Below, one piece after another: positions 43,883 to 51,270 of a stretch of 51,270 nucleotides of DNA (the first letter of the stretch is position 1; the number at the start of each line of letters is the position of its first letter). The stretch lies in contig SKUN01000022.1 of assembly GCA_007129945.1 (NCBI GenBank), forward strand, positions 1 through 51,270. Reading direction: 5' to 3'. The notes beneath the pieces are model-generated. The model was not told the origin of the DNA. It ran no database searches and worked only from the letters and a program-made list of their open reading frames with translations. The position numbers were made by a program, and so were the translations under genes. The DNA comes from Bacteroidales bacterium (GTDB lineage Bacteria; Bacteroidota; Bacteroidia; Bacteroidales; UBA7960).

Positions 43883-44175
43883 CGCATTTTTTTGAACCAG
43901 GCAAAGCATATGTTTATGGCACGAAATTTGCTAATGGGGCTGTGCCAGTGTTGGTGGAACAAATTATCTTGTTAATCCAAACCAATGTCTTAGTCCAAAC
44001 CAATATCGAACAAAAAAGATACTGGGGTGTTCTCCATGACACTGAATGACCAGAACATTTTGCTTGCTGGGGTAAACAATCTGATTATAAACAAAATGTG
44101 AAAGCCATGAAAACTTTGCGTTTTGTCAGGTTTAGAAATTTCACAGGCTTATTTTATGAACAAATTGCGCCATTC

Positions 44176-45630
44176 ATGATCAATCAACGAAAAAGAGTCC
44201 TTCTCTTCGTTGCCATTTCCCTTCTCATATTCGCAGGAATCATGTCATTGAACCGATTTGACGCGGACAATGATTTTGTGATGGAAGAGGAGAAGGAAAC
44301 AGTAACCGACCTTGCAGAGATTATTGAACGTGGCTACCTCAGGGCGGCCACAGATTATAACTCCACCAACTATTTTATTTACCGGGGGGAGCCCATGGGC
44401 TTTCATCTTGATTTGCTGAAGCATTTTGCCGATCACCTGGGCGTTGACCTGGAAGTGTCCGTATCCAATGACCTGCAACAGAACATTGATCGGTTGCTGG
44501 AGGAAGAAGGTGCAGACCTGATTGCCCAGAATCTGACAGTGACCAATTCGCGGCGGCAGCTGTTCGAATTTACCGATCCGCACAGCCGGACCAGGCAGGT
44601 TCTGGTGCAGCGGAAGCCTGACAGGTGGTATGCCATGCAGTCATCCGTTGTGGATCAGCATCTGGTGCGGAGTCAGCTTGACCTTGCCGGAAAAACTGTA
44701 CATGTTCAGAAAGGATCAACTTTTGTGACACGACTTACCCACCTGATGGAAGAGATCGGCGATACAATCTATATTGTGGAGCGTGACCAGGAAATGGAAG
44801 AACTGATTGAAGAAGTTGCACAGGGAACCATCGATTATACGGTGGGGGATGAAAATCTTGCCCGCCTTCACGAGATGTATTATTCGAACGTGGATGCACG
44901 TACGCCCGTTAGTTTTGAACAGAATCTTTCATGGGCCGTCCGGCCGGGAGCCTCTGATTTACTCAGGGCGGTGAATGAATGGCTGGATGAGTTCAGGGAA
45001 AGTCGTGATTATGCCGCCATTTATGAAAAATATTACAACAATCCCCGTTCTGTATTTATTGCCAAAAGTGAACTCCACTCTATGGGGGGCGGGAAAATCT
45101 CTGTTTTTGATGATTATTTTAAAAGGTATGCCGAAATTGTGGGATGGGACTGGCGGTTGATCGCCTCCCTGTCTTACCAGGAGTCACGGTTTGATCCATC
45201 GGCCGTTTCCTGGGCCGGCGCCTTTGGGGTTATGCAGCTGATGCCCGGCACGGCTGAATTCCTGAATGTGGGAATGGATGCCAGTGTTCATGAGCATATC
45301 TCAGCCGGGATCCGTTATCTTCACTGGCTCGACAAACGGCTCGAAGATGAGATCACCGATGACCATGAACGGATTCATTTTGTGCTGGCCTCCTACAATG
45401 TGGGCATCGGCCACGTGCTTGACGCCAGGCGCCTTGCGGAGAAATACGGGAAAGACCCCGACGTTTGGAAAGATAACGTGGATTACTATGTGCTGAACAA
45501 ATCCAAACCCAAATATTACCAGGATCCGGTGGTGCGGCATGGTTATGCCCGCGGTTCCGAGCCCTATCATTACGTGACGGAGATTATGCAACGTTACCGG
45601 CACTATAAGAATGCCCTGGCCATGAATTAG
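44176..45630 (+). CDS. mltF: Membrane-bound lytic murein transglycosylase F-like (solute-binding-protein domain + SLT domain)
   Basis: An N-terminal TM/signal anchor (RKRVLLFVAISLLIFAG) is followed by a family-3 SBP-like domain. The SLT catalytic block is SYQESRFDPSAVSWAGAFGVMQLMP. Start candidates are 44176 (preferred), 44107 and GTG 44098. Confidence 0.8.
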   Translation: MINQRKRVLLFVAISLLIFAGIMSLNRFDADNDFVMEEEKETVTDLAEIIERGYLRAATDYNSTNYFIYRGEPMGFHLDLLKHFADHLGVDLEVSVSNDLQQNIDRLLEEEGADLIAQNLTVTNSRRQLFEFTDPHSRTRQVLVQRKPDRWYAMQSSVVDQHLVRSQLDLAGKTVHVQKGSTFVTRLTHLMEEIGDTIYIVERDQEMEELIEEVAQGTIDYTVGDENLARLHEMYYSNVDARTPVSFEQNLSWAVRPGASDLLRAVNEWLDEFRESRDYAAIYEKYYNNPRSVFIAKSELHSMGGGKISVFDDYFKRYAEIVGWDWRLIASLSYQESRFDPSAVSWAGAFGVMQLMPGTAEFLNVGMDASVHEHISAGIRYLHWLDKRLEDEITDDHERIHFVLASYNVGIGHVLDARRLAEKYGKDPDVWKDNVDYYVLNKSKPKYYQDPVVRHGYARGSEPYHYVTEIMQRYRHYKNALAMN

Positions 45631-45724
45631 GGGTTTATCCGTCTGGCGGCTTCCGGCCTGCCCGGGTTGTTACTTTCCCTGTTTGATGGGCGAAACCTGC
45701 CGGATGAATCAGGTACAAGTTTTT

Positions 45725-48529
45725 CTAATGGGCTTCCAGCCAGTTATTGGCGGTATTCATTTCGACTATAATCGGCACCGGCAGATCCAGTGCCGATTTC
45801 ATTTTATCCTCCACAAGTTTTTGGAGCTTCTCTGATTCTTCTTTCAATGCATCGAAAACCAGTTCGTCATGCACCTGAAGGATCATTTTGCTTTTCATCT
45901 GCTGCTTTTGCATCTCTTCGTGGATGCGAATCATGGCGATCTTGATCATGTCGGCAGCTGTACCCTGTACCGGCGCGTTGATGGCATTGCGTTCTGCATA
46001 TCCCCTGACTACCCCGTTGGAACTGTTAATGTCTCTGACATAGCGTCTTCTGCCAAGAAAAGTAGTCACATAACCGTGTTCCCTGGCAAATTCAATGTTC
46101 TGATCCATGTATTTTTTGACGCCCGGGTATTTTTTGAAGTACTGATCGATGATGGTGGCTGCTTCCCGGCGGGGGATGGAAAGCCTTTCCGACAACCCGA
46201 AGGCGGATATTCCGTAGACGATCCCGAAATTCACTGTTTTGGCACTTCTGCGCATCTCCGGGGTGACATCCTCAAGACCGACATCGAATACTTTGGCAGC
46301 AGTGGCCTGGTGAATGTCAATGCCTTCCCTGAAAGCTTCCAGCATGGCTTCATCCTGACTCAGTGCTGCAATGATACGCAATTCTATCTGACTGTAGTCG
46401 GCGGCAAGCAGGGTATGGTCCTTGTCGCGGGGTACAAAAGCCTGGCGGATCAGTTTTCCTTCGGTAGTCCGGATGGGAATATTCTGGAGGTTGGGGTTGT
46501 TGGATGAAAGTCGTCCTGTAGCAGCCACTGCCTGGTTGAAAGAGGCATGAATGCGGCCGGTTTTTTCCGAGATCAGTTTTGGCAGGGCATCCACATACGT
46601 GGACTTCAGCTTGGTCAGTGACCGGTATTCCAGGATCTTTTCCACGATGGGATGCTTGTCTTTCAGCTTGGTAAGCACCTCCTCGCTGGTGCTGTATTGC
46701 CTGGTTTTGGTCTTTTTGGCTTTTTCGGTGATTTTCAGTTTGTCGAACAAGACTTCGCCCAGCTGCTTGGGGGATCCGATATTGAAGGTGGTGCCCGCCA
46801 TTTCGCAGATCTCTTTTTCCACTTTTTCAATGCTTTCAGAGAGGACTTCAGCGTAATCGGCCAGGGCTTTCTTGTCAATCCGGACGCCTGCATCTTCCAT
46901 GTCGGACAATACCCGGATCAGGGGTGCTTCGACCTCACGGAACAGTTTCATCAACTCCTGTTCCTTCAGCATCGGTTCAAATACCTGCCGTAACTGCAGG
47001 GTGATATCTGCATCCTCACAGGCATAAGGAGTGATGGTTTCCAGGGGCACGGTCCGCATGCTTTTCTGCGACTTCCCTTTTTTCCCGATCAGATGTTCAA
47101 TGGAGATGGTATGATAATCCAGGTAGGATTCTGCCATGGCATCCATCCCGTGACGCATGTCGGGTTGCAGCAGGTAGTGGGCCAGCATGGTGTCGAACAG
47201 CGGTCCTTTGACCTCAATGCCGTATTGCCTGAGCACCCCGATGTCAAATTTCAGGTTCTGCCCGGTTTTCTCAATGTCCTTGTCGGTGAAAGCTTTTTTG
47301 AAGCGTTCAGCCAATCGGGTTGCTTCCTCCCTTTGTTCCGGTAACGGCACATAATAAGCTTCCCCTGGTTTCATACAAAAGGCAATCCCTACCAATTCCT
47401 TATTCTTCAGATCCAGGCCGGTTGTTTCCGTGTCAAAACAAAACATTTTGGCTTTTTCCAGCTTCCGGATCAGTTTTTCGGTTTCTTTTTCGCCCTGTAC
47501 GGCCGAATAATCATTGTCTTTCATCAGGGCCTTAAGCCGTTTACTTGCCTCTTCACCAGGATCAACTGAAGCCGGTGCGTTGTCAAACAGGTCCATTTGC
47601 CCGTGTTGCTGAATGGCTTTTTTTGTGGTTTCCTCCGGGATGATCGATGGTTCTCCGAACACCCTTTTGGCAAATGTTCTGAATTCAAGTTCCTCAAACA
47701 GGGGAATCAGTTTTTCCGGATCGGGTTCCTTTCTTTCCAGCACATCAATGGAGGTGTTAACCGGTACATCAAGCATGATGGTGGCCAGGCTCTTTGAAGA
47801 CCTCGCCTGTTCCTGGTGTTGCTCCAGGCTTTCCCTGCTTCGCTTTTCCTTCACCTGATCGATATGATTCAGGAGGTTTTCGACGGAGCCAAACTCCCGG
47901 ATTAGATTCTTTGCCTTTTTTTCGCCAATTCCCGGAACCCCCGGAATGTTGTCGGAGGCATCACCCCAAAGCCCCAGTATGTCGATCAGTTGTTCCGGTT
48001 TTTCAATCCCAAATTTTTCGCAGACTTCCTTTACGCCCCATATCTCGGCTTCATTGCCCCTGGTGGCGGGTTTCAGCATAAAAATATTATCTGATACCAG
48101 TTGGCCGAAATCTTTGTCGGACGTCATCATGAACACCTTGTATCCCTCTTTTTCCGCTTCCTTGGCCAGGGTACCAATGATGTCATCGGCCTCGTATCCG
48201 TCTTTCATCAGCACGGGAATGCGAAAACCTTCTAGCAGCTGATGGATATAGGGGAGAGAGGAGACAATGTCTTCCGGCATATCCTCCCTGTTGGCTTTAT
48301 AGTCGGCGAAATCTGTCTTACGCAGGGTGGGGGCGTGGGAATCAAAGGCCACCGCAATGTGGGTGGGTTGTTCCTTTTTCAGCACTTCCGTGAGGGTGTT
48401 GGCAAAACCCAGGATGGCCGAAGTATTCTGCCCTTTAGAGTTGATGCGGGGATTTCGGTTGAGTGCATAATAGGCCCTGTAGATCAGGGCCATGGCGTCT
48501 AGCAGGAGTAATTTCCCGGAGGTTGGCAT
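45725..48529 (-). CDS. polA: DNA polymerase I
   Basis: It has a 5'-nuclease domain (LLLLDAMALIYRAYYA..), a 3'-5' exonuclease-like region (FCFDTETTGL) and pol A-family motifs (DYSQIELR, RRSAKTVNFGIVYG, QVHDELVF). The start is set at ATG 48529. The track extension to 48610 runs through a terminator hairpin and a promoter box. Confidence 0.95.
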   Translation of the reverse strand: MPTSGKLLLLDAMALIYRAYYALNRNPRINSKGQNTSAILGFANTLTEVLKKEQPTHIAVAFDSHAPTLRKTDFADYKANREDMPEDIVSSLPYIHQLLEGFRIPVLMKDGYEADDIIGTLAKEAEKEGYKVFMMTSDKDFGQLVSDNIFMLKPATRGNEAEIWGVKEVCEKFGIEKPEQLIDILGLWGDASDNIPGVPGIGEKKAKNLIREFGSVENLLNHIDQVKEKRSRESLEQHQEQARSSKSLATIMLDVPVNTSIDVLERKEPDPEKLIPLFEELEFRTFAKRVFGEPSIIPEETTKKAIQQHGQMDLFDNAPASVDPGEEASKRLKALMKDNDYSAVQGEKETEKLIRKLEKAKMFCFDTETTGLDLKNKELVGIAFCMKPGEAYYVPLPEQREEATRLAERFKKAFTDKDIEKTGQNLKFDIGVLRQYGIEVKGPLFDTMLAHYLLQPDMRHGMDAMAESYLDYHTISIEHLIGKKGKSQKSMRTVPLETITPYACEDADITLQLRQVFEPMLKEQELMKLFREVEAPLIRVLSDMEDAGVRIDKKALADYAEVLSESIEKVEKEICEMAGTTFNIGSPKQLGEVLFDKLKITEKAKKTKTRQYSTSEEVLTKLKDKHPIVEKILEYRSLTKLKSTYVDALPKLISEKTGRIHASFNQAVAATGRLSSNNPNLQNIPIRTTEGKLIRQAFVPRDKDHTLLAADYSQIELRIIAALSQDEAMLEAFREGIDIHQATAAKVFDVGLEDVTPEMRRSAKTVNFGIVYGISAFGLSERLSIPRREAATIIDQYFKKYPGVKKYMDQNIEFAREHGYVTTFLGRRRYVRDINSSNGVVRGYAERNAINAPVQGTAADMIKIAMIRIHEEMQKQQMKSKMILQVHDELVFDALKEESEKLQKLVEDKMKSALDLPVPIIVEMNTANNWLEAH

Positions 48530-48545
48530 GGCTGTTGGTTTTGGG

Positions 48546-48553
48546 CAAAGATA
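48546..48553 (-). promoter_or_regulatory. -7 box TATCTTTG for polA
   Basis: Exact TAnnTTTG match on the minus strand, 16 nt before ATG 48529. Confidence 0.5.
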
Positions 48554-48556
48554 GTC

Positions 48557-48588
48557 AAAATGAAAAAGCCCGGCTCGAGGCCGGGCTT
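48557..48588 (-). terminator. Intrinsic terminator after the TonB-dependent receptor gene
   Basis: The minus strand reads AAGCCCGGC-ctcga-GCCGGGCTT followed by TTTTCATTTTG, giving a 9-bp GC-rich stem. It lies 100 nt downstream of the receptor stop. Confidence 0.75.
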
Positions 48589-48688
48589 CATCCATTAACC
48601 AAAACAACATGAAGAGAAACTACTTAAGGTAGGTATATTAAGTAATTTTGATCTCACTGTTTGGTATGCAAACTCTGTGCCAAAATCA

Positions 48689-50947
48689 TCAAAAATACCA
48701 CCGGTAGGCCAGATTTATGTTCCTTCCGGGCATGGTGATGTTCCGGTCTTCAATTCTGGATAAATGATCACGGTATGCCTTGTCAGTGAGGTTGTCACCG
48801 CGGAGCATGATCACATGCCGGCCACCGTGGTCAAGTCTGTAGCCCAGCTGGGCCCCAAGCAGGGTATAGCCTTCGGTTACTTCCTCTTCCGGTGCTACCC
48901 TGTCCTGTTCGGATACGCGTTGAACTTTGCCTGAGATCCAGAAGGAACCAAAGTTTTGTTCAATCCCGGCCATCAGCCTGAAGGGGGGCATAAACGGAAG
49001 GTTCTCACTTACATCCCCGGTCCGGCGTCCGTTCACGTAGTCGGCTCCCAGGTTGATTGTAAGGTTGTCGGTGGCCATGATGTCGAGACTTACCTCTCCG
49101 CCGGTCAGTGTGGCCTCATCTCCTTCGTAGGCAAATACCGGGTAACCGGAACTTTCATCCACCTGCCCGGTGGGCTGGAAAATGATGAAATTCATAAAAT
49201 CGTTGATATAACCCGCCAGTTCCAGTCTGACCACCTCATTGCGGTAATTTATAAACAAGTCTGCGCCGTGCCCGATCTCATCCTTCAGATCCGGATTCCC
49301 GATCTCAAACACTCCGGCTCCCAGGTGCGGGCCGTTGGCATATAGCTCTTCTACTGTGGGGTTCCTGTGTGAACGTGCCAGTTGTCCGCCGATCTCCCAG
49401 CCTTCAGCGGGGCGGTAATTCATCCCGATGGAACCCGAATAGTTCATGGCATTTCGTGACTGGCTGATGTGGGGAAACAGCTCATTGGACAGTGCCGCGG
49501 TGTGCTGAAAGTCAAGTCGTATTCCTGCCTGCAACCTGAGCCTGTTGGTCAGGGGAAGCTCCTGGAAGGTAAATGCAGCCAGGGAAAGTCTTTGCTCTCC
49601 GGGCGTATAGGCTTCGTCACCAGCTACATCCATATGGTGGCCGAAAAGATTCAGACCGACCGCCCCGCGATCAACGATACCTACCGCTTTGTGCTGCATG
49701 GTAATGGTGGAGCTGAACGAATATTTGTCGTATTCCAGTTCCACATCCTCATCCCAGCTTCCGTCATCTTCCAGTTCCTTCTCTACTTCCTGCTGTGCAA
49801 GCCGGGTTGCATGAAAACGTACTTCCGTGCGGTCAAACAGCCTGTCGTGCCGGCTGAAAAATTTACCTTGTAGCCCCTGCCGCTGCATCCGGATTTCGAC
49901 CCTTTCGTCTGTGTCCATGGATTCAGGAACCTCAAAAGCCTGACTGACAAAAGAAGCACTGACCCCGCCGGACCTGTTGTCGCGACGGAATCCGGTGCCG
50001 ATGGCGGCATCAAAATTCTGCATGGAGGTGCTGTGAATGGTCCCTTCCGGAGTACTGATATCGCCAGACTGGCGGTAAGACAACCTGGCGGTGCTTGCCA
50101 TGTTTTCTCCTCCATACGTATACCTCCCAAAGCCCGCTCCCATTTCGTTGACGGTGGCGCCCTGTGCGGATAACACACCGCTGGAGCCGCTGTCCCAGTC
50201 TTCCGGGATATCTGTGGTCATCAGATTGATGACCCCGCCCAATGCGCTCGATCCGTAAAGCAGGCTGGCGGGACCCCGGACCACTTCCACACGGCTTGCT
50301 GCCAGCGGATCCATGGAAATGCTGTGATCGGCGGAAGTTTCAGAGATGTCGCCCATGCGCTCACCGTTTTGCAATATCAAAATGCGGTCGCCGTCCAGAC
50401 CGCGGATCACCGGCCTTGACGGGGCCGACCCGAAAGAACGCATGGCCACCCCGGGCTCCGAATTGAGCATTTCTCCGAATGAAGCTTCGCTGCGGCGTTG
50501 CAGTGCCTCACCCATGTATGCCTGATTCGGCTGGTAACGGAATCCGCTCCGGGTGGGAGAGGAGGTAAATACCACCTCATCCAGGTCAATGGCGGTGGGC
50601 ATGATCTCCACGTCTACCTCTTTGGTTTTTTCAGCCTCTGCAACAAATTCCACCGATGTGGTTGCATAGCCCATTCCCTGAACCACCAGGCGGTGTTCCC
50701 CTTCAGGCAGGTTGGTAAGTATGTAGTGACCCGATGCGTCGGTAATGGTACCGATGCGTGTTCCTTCAATGATGATGTTGATAAAAGGGATGTGTTCACC
50801 GGTTTCGGCATCAATTATATGGCCGAATACATTGGCATCTGTACCGGGCCGGGGTTGATTTTCTTCCGGGATTGATGCATTAAGTTGAAATGCGGCCGGC
50901 AGATTAAATGAAAATAACAGGGTAAAAATCAATAAGTGTCGTAACAT
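48689..50947 (-). CDS. TonB-dependent outer-membrane receptor with an N-terminal carboxypeptidase-regulatory-like domain
   Basis: 752 aa with a signal peptide and a CarboxypepD_reg-like module (..GHIIDAETGEHIPFINIIIEG...TDASGHYILTNLPEGEHRLVV..). It has a plug domain (..RGLDGDRILILQNG..) and a beta-barrel ending ..NINLAYRWYF. Confidence 0.88.
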   Translation of the reverse strand: MLRHLLIFTLLFSFNLPAAFQLNASIPEENQPRPGTDANVFGHIIDAETGEHIPFINIIIEGTRIGTITDASGHYILTNLPEGEHRLVVQGMGYATTSVEFVAEAEKTKEVDVEIMPTAIDLDEVVFTSSPTRSGFRYQPNQAYMGEALQRRSEASFGEMLNSEPGVAMRSFGSAPSRPVIRGLDGDRILILQNGERMGDISETSADHSISMDPLAASRVEVVRGPASLLYGSSALGGVINLMTTDIPEDWDSGSSGVLSAQGATVNEMGAGFGRYTYGGENMASTARLSYRQSGDISTPEGTIHSTSMQNFDAAIGTGFRRDNRSGGVSASFVSQAFEVPESMDTDERVEIRMQRQGLQGKFFSRHDRLFDRTEVRFHATRLAQQEVEKELEDDGSWDEDVELEYDKYSFSSTITMQHKAVGIVDRGAVGLNLFGHHMDVAGDEAYTPGEQRLSLAAFTFQELPLTNRLRLQAGIRLDFQHTAALSNELFPHISQSRNAMNYSGSIGMNYRPAEGWEIGGQLARSHRNPTVEELYANGPHLGAGVFEIGNPDLKDEIGHGADLFINYRNEVVRLELAGYINDFMNFIIFQPTGQVDESSGYPVFAYEGDEATLTGGEVSLDIMATDNLTINLGADYVNGRRTGDVSENLPFMPPFRLMAGIEQNFGSFWISGKVQRVSEQDRVAPEEEVTEGYTLLGAQLGYRLDHGGRHVIMLRGDNLTDKAYRDHLSRIEDRNITMPGRNINLAYRWYF

Positions 50948-50963
50948 GGTAAGTTGGTTTAGC

Positions 50964-51123
50964 GGGGCTGACGCCCCTTTAGTTGTTAGTTAGTCGAGGG
51001 CTGACGCCCCCTCCGGTTAGTCGGGGCTGACGCCCCTCCAGTTGTTGGTTAGTCGGCGCTGCGCGCCTCCAGTTAGTCGGGGGCTGCGCCCCCTCCGGTT
51101 GTTAGTTCCGGCGCTAAAGCGCC
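50964..51123. repeat. Array of six GC mini-hairpins with conserved GTTGTTGGTTAGTCG-type linkers (dispersed family copy)
   Basis: GGGGCtgacGCCCC at 50964-50977, GAGGGCtgacGCCCCCTC at 50996-51013, GGGGCtgacGCCCC at 51023-51036, GGCGCtgcGCGCC at 51055-51067, GGGGGCtgcGCCCCC at 51079-51093, GGCGCtaaaGCGCC at 51110-51123. Spacing is 24-32 nt. Confidence 0.88.
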
Positions 51124-51160
51124 TGATAGTTGTTGGTTTCCATGGACCGTGTGAACCAAC

Positions 51161-51270
51161 AACCAACAACCGCTTGGGCCGTTTACCAGTCCGTTAGTCT
51201 TTTCCCTTCACTCTGCCCATGAGAACCAACAACTGTATATGCCGTTTACCAGTCCGTTAGTCTTTTCCCT
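51161..51270. repeat. 63-bp tandem repeat (about 1.75 copies, cut by the window end) carrying the inverted family core
   Basis: The identical 30-mer GCCGTTTACCAGTCCGTTAGTCTTTTCCCT occurs at 51178-51207 and 51241-51270. AACCAACAAC occurs at 51161-51170 and 51224-51233. GCCCATGAGAACCAACAAC at 51215-51233 is the reverse complement of the 19-mer at 7499 and 31010. Confidence 0.85.

Noticed and set aside
48530-48610. N-terminal extensions offered by the ORF track (polA to 48610, holB to 43904, SDR from 3054, TetR from 5881, lipoprotein from 14948, amylase from 28126, GT2 to 33886)
   Set aside because: The extensions run through terminator hairpins or lie upstream of exact TAnnTTTG promoter boxes. 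They encode non-conserved junk before canonical N-terminal motifs or signal peptides, so internal ATGs were chosen.
50964-51123. Possible mini-CRISPR or terminator array (hairpins every ~30 nt)
   Set aside because: The sequences between hairpins are conserved linkers, not unique spacers. The hairpins are only 13-18 nt and lack T-tails. The same modules recur inverted at 31050-31125. This is a dispersed repeat, not CRISPR.
50948-51270. Cobalamin or other riboswitch in the TonB-dependent receptor leader
   Set aside because: I could not find a B12-box-like core or any other riboswitch signature I know. The region is fully accounted for by the repeat modules.

Overview
This 51.3-kb window reads as a largely core, syntenic stretch of a Bacteroidota chromosome. 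The phylum call rests on a T9SS C-terminal sorting domain, gldH, and 13 exact TAnnTTTG -7 boxes at sensible distances from gene starts. GC looks roughly 50-55% by eye.

I can support one tRNA-Val and 36 protein genes:
- Envelope and membrane: a small DoxX-like membrane protein, lnt, mntP, a PlsC-like acyltransferase, an OM beta-barrel protein, a lipoprotein, class A PBP, mltF, a TonB-dependent receptor.
- Gliding and T9SS: gldH and a PorZ-like T9SS propeller protein.
- DNA metabolism: ruvB, recO, holB, polA, an AddA/RecB-like helicase-nuclease, an ATP-cone::Mrr nuclease.
- Metabolism: S9 peptidase, SDR epimerase, LuxE-like adenylating enzyme, tryptophanase, meaB, nadC-nadB-nadA, a NuoE/NuoF/FdhA-type formate dehydrogenase (Cys, not Sec), GH13 amylase.
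- Glycosylation: two convergent GT2 + GT-C (ArnC/ArnT-like) gene pairs.
- Other: a TetR regulator, queG, PSP1/RicT.

I see no CRISPR array, integrase, transposase, prophage or toxin-antitoxin module. I cannot honestly point to a clear multi-gene novel system.

The signals least explained by ordinary annotation are mostly non-coding:
1. A dispersed repeat family occurs at three loci (7483-7592, 30875-31125, 50964-51270). It is built from arrays of tiny GC hairpins joined by a conserved GTTGTTGGTTAGTCG-type linker plus a GTTGTTGGTTCTCATGGGC core.
2. A 78-bp tandem repeat (781-1013) shows compensatory stem substitutions between copies.
3. A roughly 260-nt promoter-defined leader with a 23-codon uORF and a C-rich spacer lies upstream of tryptophanase.
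4. A pyrimidine-only AGCTTCC-type tract with a 49-codon uORF abuts a GT-C gene.

Among proteins, the ATP-cone::Mrr nuclease, divergent from a lone AddA-like gene, and the duplicated ArnC/ArnT-like modules are the best candidates for uncharacterised biology. All functional calls come from motif recognition by eye; no searches were run.
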